In this document: in pieces, positions 31,267-35,247 of the stretch | How the letters are laid out: the number at the start of each line of letters is the position of its first letter | Numbering within the stretch: position 1 is the first letter of the stretch | IMG/VR virus record: IMGVR_UViG_3300012352_000123 | Location: 1-35,247 of that record | DNA length: 35,247 nt | Reading direction: 5' to 3' (one strand) | From: a virus | Notes under the pieces: model-generated | What the model saw: only the letters and a program-made list of their open reading frames with translations | What the model was told of the DNA's origin: nothing | Databases searched by the model: none | Program-made: the position numbers and the translations under genes

Positions 31267-31518
31267 TCAGAAAGGCAGGTCCGAGTCATCAAAGTTGGTA
31301 ACTTTAGAACGCTCAGAAGGCTTTGCTTGTTGTTCCTTGGGTGACAGTGCCAATCCCATGAATTTACCGCTCTTGCCCTCTTTAATCCATGCTGATAACC
31401 AGTAATCTTGACCATTTACTGTCAGATTTCCTTTGTAATCAGGGTGGTTGCCTGTTTCTTTTTTGTCGTTGCGGAAAAGTACTCCGCTATTGTCCCTAGA
31501 CTGTCGATTGTTTTCCAT
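31267..31518 (-). CDS. Mini SSB-like protein with an SSB-type acidic C-terminal tip (83 aa)
   Basis: The C-terminus ...NFDDSDLPF mirrors the bacterial SSB tip DFDDDIPF. The body is [47 protein letters not shown]. It lies directly downstream of the annealase gene. Confidence 0.55.
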   Translation of the reverse strand: MENNRQSRDNSGVLFRNDKKETGNHPDYKGNLTVNGQDYWLSAWIKEGKSGKFMGLALSPKEQQAKPSERSKVTNFDDSDLPF

Positions 31519-31521
31519 AAT

Positions 31522-32172
31522 TTACTTCGCTTTCTTTAACGCTGAACGCACACTTGATTCAAGTTGGTTTGACAAATAGACCTTCTGATCTGCCTCCAAC
31601 TGTTGTTCGTCAATCATTTTTAAAGCATCTACTGCTTTACCATTTTTGACTAACTCTTTTACAGAACTTGCTAATTCCTGCAAGAACTCTTTTGTTTCCT
31701 GTGGCAAATCTTCTCCAATTCCGTCACGAGGCGTAATAACAACTGCTTTACCCTCTTCTGGCAAGTCTTCGCCGCTATACAAGTACATACCCAAGCCATG
31801 AAGAGCCAAAGCCTTTGTCATACAGCGCATGATGGCCGTATTGACTGCAAAAGCATCAGGTTTAGGGATTGCTTTGTTTCTGTAATCCATGACTGGAAGT
31901 TGGCAAGTCATTTGTTTACCAAACATAGTAACTGTGACGAACACCATGGCTGTGCCGTTGATGTCCATGAAACACTTGCCATCGAACATCTCTACTCTAT
32001 AAGTAGCGTTAGCGTCTGCTTTAAGAGCTTCTGCCCATGCCCAAGCCCATGATAGGTAGGATAAGCCGTTCTTTTTCTCAACATGGTCATTGACATTCTT
32101 TGCCAACAACTTTGCGATTAACTCTTTTCTATCGACCAATAAGCCTGGTTGGTTTGGGTCTTGTGTGTACAT
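31522..32172 (-). CDS. Rad52/Sak-type single-strand annealing protein (216 aa)
   Basis: ...GLSYLSWAWAWAEALKADANATY...MRCMTKALALHGLGMYLYSGEDLPE. I recognise this motif set from the Sak/DUF1071 branch of Rad52-like phage recombinases. Confidence 0.75.
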   Translation of the reverse strand: MYTQDPNQPGLLVDRKELIAKLLAKNVNDHVEKKNGLSYLSWAWAWAEALKADANATYRVEMFDGKCFMDINGTAMVFVTVTMFGKQMTCQLPVMDYRNKAIPKPDAFAVNTAIMRCMTKALALHGLGMYLYSGEDLPEEGKAVVITPRDGIGEDLPQETKEFLQELASSVKELVKNGKAVDALKMIDEQQLEADQKVYLSNQLESSVRSALKKAK

Positions 32173-32173
32173 A

Positions 32174-32359
32174 TTAACTCCTGTAAAGATTCTCGTTTAA
32201 CTCTTGTTGAATGATTTGTTTTTGTGTTTCAAGTCCAAAGTACTTGAAGTCGATATAGTCACCAGAACAGCATGACTTGTCTGTTTTTACTGTTAAGCAG
32301 TATTGGCAGTATTGAATTCCTGAGAATTCTTCTAGGTAGGTCTGAAATAGGCTTTTCAT
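32174..32359 (-). CDS. Small Cys-rich protein (61 aa)
   Basis: YCQYC...KSCCSGD. Coupled to its neighbours. Confidence 0.45.
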   Translation of the reverse strand: MKSLFQTYLEEFSGIQYCQYCLTVKTDKSCCSGDYIDFKYFGLETQKQIIQQELNENLYRS

Positions 32360-32562
32360 TAATGAAGTCTCTCAAAAGCCATTTCCCAAAGAACATCACT
32401 GGCCAGAATAGTGAGTCTATCTAATTCATCTTCTGTCAATGGTGTTCCATCTTCATAACAGCCACTTGAGAAATAAGCATCAGAGAAATCTGGATAATCT
32501 CTGCTGTTTACTCCATCTACTTCTAGGTCTACGACCTTTTTTCCATTAAGAATCGGCATCAC
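32359..32562 (-). CDS. Hypothetical acidic protein (67 aa)
   Basis: ORF-track ORF with ATGA overlap to the upstream gene. Confidence 0.5.
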   Translation of the reverse strand: MMPILNGKKVVDLEVDGVNSRDYPDFSDAYFSSGCYEDGTPLTEDELDRLTILASDVLWEMAFERLH

Positions 32563-32798
32563 TCGCCCCTTGCTTTAAGCATGGCATCGGCTTGGTGATA
32601 AGCTGATTCAGCAATTTCATAAATGGTTGAAAAATCACAATCTTCATTATGAATAATTGCGTCCATGATTATTACTGATTGCATAGCCTTAGCCGCAAAG
32701 TAGTCACGCAAGGTCATCCCCTCATGGTACATGGTTCCTCTACCCGCCTCATTTGGAAAATTAATTTGAAACGGAAATGCTGGTATGTTCATATTCAC
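32559..32798 (-). CDS. First gene of the leftward early operon, hypothetical (79 aa)
   Basis: AGGAG RBS. ...GMTLRDYFAAKAMQS...AYHQADAMLKAR is a pattern common in small prophage proteins of unknown function. Confidence 0.55.
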   Translation of the reverse strand: MNMNIPAFPFQINFPNEAGRGTMYHEGMTLRDYFAAKAMQSVIIMDAIIHNEDCDFSTIYEIAESAYHQADAMLKARGE

Positions 32799-32867
32799 TC
32801 CTATTTGTTTATCAAAGATGTGGGTTAGTTACTGCCCACACCACTAATGTGACACAGTTTTTTTTAC

Positions 32868-32897
32868 TTGAACATTAGGGGAAACCCTAAGTTACAA
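32868..32897. promoter_or_regulatory. Divergent control region: best copy of the palindromic motif (site 4) inside a 30-nt imperfect palindrome
   Basis: TTGAAC-ATTAGGGGAAACCCTAAG-TTACAA. The core TTAGGG-gaaa-CCCTAA (32875-32890) is a perfect 6+6 inverted repeat. TTGAAC (plus strand) and TTGTAA (minus strand) are -35-like hexamers facing outward. Confidence 0.6.
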
Positions 32898-32925
32898 CAC
32901 TATTTTTCCATGCTAGGCTCACAGT

Positions 32926-33105
32926 ATGAACATCGAACAAATTGAACAAAAATGCGCTGAGACATTGCTTGATTACGCCATCACAATGGCTAACGCTTAT
33001 GTAACCGATCCTGAAGACTTTAATGCCGCTGTAGTGGCTTTGCTCGCTAGGACTCTAGAAAACCACATACAACGACCAATCAACATTCAGGAAATGTACC
33101 AATGA
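32926..33105 (+). CDS. Possible 59-aa protein, first rightward gene
   Basis: Just below the ORF-track cutoff. Translation: MNIEQIEQKCAETLLDYAITMANAYVTDPEDFNAAVVALLARTLENHIQRPINIQEMYQ. The stop overlaps ATG 33102 (ATGA). Confidence 0.45.
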   Translation: MNIEQIEQKCAETLLDYAITMANAYVTDPEDFNAAVVALLARTLENHIQRPINIQEMYQ

Positions 33106-33479
33106 CACAAGCACAAATAATCAAAGCTCTACAGAATGGCCCTTTGACTTCCCATCAAGTAGCCAATCTGACTGGTATGCCACAGGCTACAGTACTGTCA
33201 ACAGCTAAAAAACTGAGGTCTAAAGGTGATCTAACTACTGAGATTGTCAAAGTTGGTAGACATTGGGTTGCTCAGTACACTCTTGACGATAGTTTGATAG
33301 AGTACAAAGTAAAGAAGGATGACGAGGAAACTCGCTGCAAACTAAATCCTTTTGATATTCGTAATGCCAAGGGTATCTTTACCCCTGCTGAGTATCGAGT
33401 GATGAACGCTCAAGCTCGTAGGCTTTACAAGAGCAATCCAGACTTTACGAAAACAATTACAAATAACCAAAGAATTTAA
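33102..33479 (+). CDS. Winged-helix DNA-binding protein (125 aa)
   Basis: MTQAQIIKALQNGPLTSHQVANLTGMPQATVLSTAKKLRSKGDLTTEIV is an N-terminal wHTH. It is a candidate regulator. Confidence 0.6.
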   Translation: MTQAQIIKALQNGPLTSHQVANLTGMPQATVLSTAKKLRSKGDLTTEIVKVGRHWVAQYTLDDSLIEYKVKKDDEETRCKLNPFDIRNAKGIFTPAEYRVMNAQARRLYKSNPDFTKTITNNQRI

Positions 33480-33594
33480 GTATCCAATAGGCTTTTTTAA
33501 GTTTACAATGTTTTGAAACACGGCTAGATGCGAAGTCATGAGCGCATTGAAAAGGGTTCCCACTTTTCCCCTGCCGCAGTTTCTTTCTTTTTAA

Positions 33595-34305
33595 GTGGCT
33601 TTTAAAGTGGAAAAAATCATGCTTTTACAGCCAAAGAATTGGGCAGTCTTTCAGCACTATAAAGACCGATGCCCTCCGTGGATTAAATTACATCGTGACC
33701 TGTTAAACGACAGAGTTTTCATGCGCTTGCCTATTGCTAGCAAAGCGATAGCACCAATGCTTTGGTTGCTTGCAAGTGAATCAAAAGATGGTGTTTTTGA
33801 TGGCTCACTAGATGAGCTAGTCTTTCGATTGCACATAACTGAAAAAGAATACCAAGCTGGTGTCAAACCATTGATTGATAACGACTTTTTTATTATTGCT
33901 AGTGGAGTGCTAGCAGAACGCTTGCAAGATGCTCTCCCAGAGAGAGAGGGAGAGACAGAGAAAGAGACAGAGGCAAAGAGAGAGAAAGCAACTAGCATTG
34001 CTTGCCCACCTGATGTTGAACAACAAATTTGGGACGATTGGAAACAGTTACGCAAAGCCAAGAAAGCCCCAGTAACCGAGACTGTGGTTAACAGCGCAAG
34101 GAAAGAAGCGTCTAAAGCGAATATGTCTTTTAGCGACTTCTTGTCTGTTTGGTGTGCAAGAGGTTCACAAGGTTTGCAAGCTGATTGGCTTAAGACCGAA
34201 GAAAAGAATCTCAGCAAGACTGGTCAAATGAATCAGCGTGTAATCTCAGGCTTAACTCGTGGACTTATTGGAGGCAACAGCAATGTCAAGCTACTCGGAA
34301 ACTGA
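33595..34305 (+). CDS. Putative replication initiator (lambda-O position; 236 aa from GTG 33595, or 228 aa from ATG 33619)
   Basis: Two domains joined by an acidic EREGETEKETEAKREK linker. The C-terminus PPDVEQQIWDDWKQLRKAKKAPVTETVV...FLSVWCARGSQGLQADW resembles phage replication-protein C-termini from memory. It sits directly upstream of a lambda-P-like gene. Confidence 0.55.
   Translation: MAFKVEKIMLLQPKNWAVFQHYKDRCPPWIKLHRDLLNDRVFMRLPIASKAIAPMLWLLASESKDGVFDGSLDELVFRLHITEKEYQAGVKPLIDNDFFIIASGVLAERLQDALPEREGETEKETEAKREKATSIACPPDVEQQIWDDWKQLRKAKKAPVTETVVNSARKEASKANMSFSDFLSVWCARGSQGLQADWLKTEEKNLSKTGQMNQRVISGLTRGLIGGNSNVKLLGN
33939..33988. repeat. Polypurine tract with GAGACAGAG x2, inside the initiator gene
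   Basis: AGAGAGAGAGGGAGAGACAGAGAAAGAGACAGAGGCAAAGAGAGAGAAAG has only three pyrimidines in 50 nt. GAGACAGAG occurs at 33952-33960 and 33964-33972. Confidence 0.8.
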
Positions 34306-34678
34306 TTTTTGCACACAAGACCAAGGATTGGATTACATCTTTGCGAGAATGATGGCAATCTTTGGAACACCATTTAATCGGCATTTTGATGGCATAGATC
34401 CAGAATTTGTTCGACAAGAATGGAAAAGCCAATTAGGTCGATTTCTGACATACAGACCAAGCATGGACTTTGCTATTGCCAAACTGGATGGAGAGTTTGT
34501 TCCGAGTGCAATTAAGTTCAGAAATCTTTGTAATGCTGGCCCTGAGATTCCTGTTAAGCCAATGGTTCAGATTGAACGCAAAAAAACGCTGCATGAACAA
34601 ATTGAAGCTGACAGAGTTAAGGCAGAAGCTTTGGCAAAACTGGCTCAACTCAAAAAGCAGTTTGGAGAAAAATCATGA
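34283..34678 (+). CDS. Lambda-P-like replication protein, short form (131 aa)
   Basis: GGAGG precedes ATG 34283. ...FARMMAIFGTPF...VRQEWKSQL...FVPSAIKFRNLC parallels lambda P (...FSQLLATFPAS...IRRQWVLAF...FLPSPGQFVAWC). The C-terminus AEALAKLAQLKKQFG parallels lambda P AQALAKIAEIKAKFG, as recalled from memory. Confidence 0.55.
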   Translation: MSSYSETDFCTQDQGLDYIFARMMAIFGTPFNRHFDGIDPEFVRQEWKSQLGRFLTYRPSMDFAIAKLDGEFVPSAIKFRNLCNAGPEIPVKPMVQIERKKTLHEQIEADRVKAEALAKLAQLKKQFGEKS

Positions 34679-34860
34679 ACATTTTTCTTGTCTGCAAACA
34701 CAGAACATTTAGAGACAGTTGGGGAAGTGGTATTTTTATTGAGTGCGTTGTAGTAAAGCCATTTACAAATAAAAAAATTGCTTCTTTATATGCAAAAGAT
34801 TTAAACAGCAGGTCAAAAAAATATCAATACAGAATTAAAAAAGTGGTGGTAACAGTATGA
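34675..34860 (+). CDS. Hypothetical basic protein (61 aa)
   Basis: ORF-track ORF, AT-rich, with ATGA overlaps at both ends. Confidence 0.45.
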   Translation: MNIFLVCKHRTFRDSWGSGIFIECVVVKPFTNKKIASLYAKDLNSRSKKYQYRIKKVVVTV

Positions 34861-34964
34861 GTCATGCAGACGCCATGAAACTACTGGACAAGGTGCGTGA
34901 AGGCGTACCCTACCCTCTACACCTGATAAACAAAGCATTGGAACTTACTGGTGACTTACAGTAG
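34857..34964 (+). CDS. Possible 35-aa peptide
   Basis: Translation: MSHADAMKLLDKVREGVPYPLHLINKALELTGDLQ. Chained to the upstream gene by an ATGA overlap. From memory it resembles a tiny prophage-encoded family (unverified). Confidence 0.35.
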   Translation: MSHADAMKLLDKVREGVPYPLHLINKALELTGDLQ

Positions 34965-35163
34965 ACGAAACATCCAAGGCCCAAGCGATAGAGTTCAGCT
35001 CGAACAAGCTGAGGCAAGAGAGCTTTTTCGCAACTGGGAAACAAGTAAAAACCCCGATTTGATTCGAGCGAGACTTGAGAGAGCAGAGAGAATTTATGGC
35101 TCTGGTGCTAGAGATCGCATAAGGGCTTATATGGCACAAATGAGAGATGGGACACTTGAATGA
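34951..35163 (+). CDS. Hypothetical protein (70 aa, GTG start)
   Basis: ORF-track ORF. Arg/Glu-rich and helical. The stop overlaps the rusA ATG (ATGA at 35160). Confidence 0.45.
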   Translation: MTYSRRNIQGPSDRVQLEQAEARELFRNWETSKNPDLIRARLERAERIYGSGARDRIRAYMAQMRDGTLE

Positions 35164-35247
35164 CAATGATTATTACTTTTAAAGTAGATGCTGACCCTGT
35201 TGGCAAACAAAGAGCAAGGTATGCAAAACGTGGAAACTTTGTCCAAA
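35160..35247 (+). CDS. rusA: RusA-family resolvase, first 29 codons (continues at nt 1, or nt 56 of the non-redundant circle)
   Basis: ATG 35160, translating MTMIITFKVDADPVGKQRARYAKRGNFVQ. The last 55 nt duplicate nt 1-55. Confidence 0.85.
   Translation, partial: MTMIITFKVDADPVGKQRARYAKRGNFVQ
35193..35247. repeat. Terminal overlap, copy 2 (identical to 1-55)
   Basis: Exact 55-nt identity with the start of the window. Confidence 0.9.

Noticed and set aside
31197-31415. 72-aa minus-strand ORF overlapping the SSB-like gene out of frame
   Set aside because: It overlaps 31267..31518, which has the recognisable SSB tip, and extends into the non-coding spacer. No RBS.
32875-32890. TTAGGG / CCCTAA resemblance to telomeric repeats
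   Set aside because: These are single inverted half-sites separated by a spacer, not tandem arrays. All copies are internal to a circular map. The resemblance is coincidental.
33657-34217. 186-aa ORF on the minus strand, antisense to the replication-initiator gene
   Set aside because: Ser/Leu/Cys-rich composition typical of the antisense frame of a real gene. No RBS. It would oppose an otherwise uniform rightward operon. The plus-strand product has clear domain structure.
1-35247. Search for CRISPR arrays, tRNA/tmRNA genes, integrase/attP, reverse transcriptase (DGR/retron) and toxin-antitoxin pairs
   Set aside because: No regularly spaced direct repeats, no cloverleaf-capable intergenic segment, and no ORF with tyrosine or serine recombinase or RT motifs. 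No recognisable TA pair was seen. Absence is by eye only; tRNAscan, profile HMMs and similar tools should confirm it.

Overview
The window is one complete dsDNA phage genome, linearised at an arbitrary point. Nt 1-55 are repeated exactly at 35193-35247, and a RusA-type resolvase gene reads in frame across the junction, so the unique length is 35,192 bp. Coding density is very high: AGGAG-type ribosome-binding sites and many ATGA/TAATG start-stop overlaps. I saw no tRNA, rRNA, CRISPR array, integrase, DNA polymerase or RNA polymerase.

Layout:
- A divergent control region at about 32799-32925 fires two ways.
- The leftward early operon (32798 down to 29176) carries small unknown ORFs, a Rad52/Sak-type annealase, a mini SSB-like protein with an SSB C-terminal tip, a wHTH protein and a MazG-like pyrophosphohydrolase. 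It ends in a large terminator at 29061-29136, followed by an HNH-AP2 homing endonuclease.
- The rightward transcription unit starts at 32926. It begins with a wHTH protein, a replication initiator, a half-size lambda-P-like loader, RusA (across the junction) and nin-like small genes.
- It continues with a putative cos/pac region (4598-4875), terS, terL, portal, a collagen-repeat fibre with an S74 chaperone domain, scaffold and major capsid.
- It then carries a run of tiny basic proteins, tail adaptor/nozzle-like proteins, a Thr/Ser-rich tail fibre and three large internal-virion-like proteins.
- It ends with a lysis block: membrane micro-ORFs, a lipoprotein, a 2-TM Pro-rich protein, Rz with embedded Rz1, and a GH19 endolysin.
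- A separate leftward cassette (4239 down to 3169) sits antisense inside the rightward unit, with its own terminator.

Points worth a second look:
- A 16-nt near-palindrome (TTAGGRNAAACCCTAA) present at four unit boundaries.
- The antisense cassette.
- The repeat-rich region upstream of terS.
- Four free-standing HNH-type endonuclease genes wedged between structural genes.
- A cluster of very small lysine-rich proteins inside the virion module.
- A structured RNA element between the MazG-like gene and the HNH-AP2 gene.

All family assignments come from reading the translations and from memory. No searches were run.
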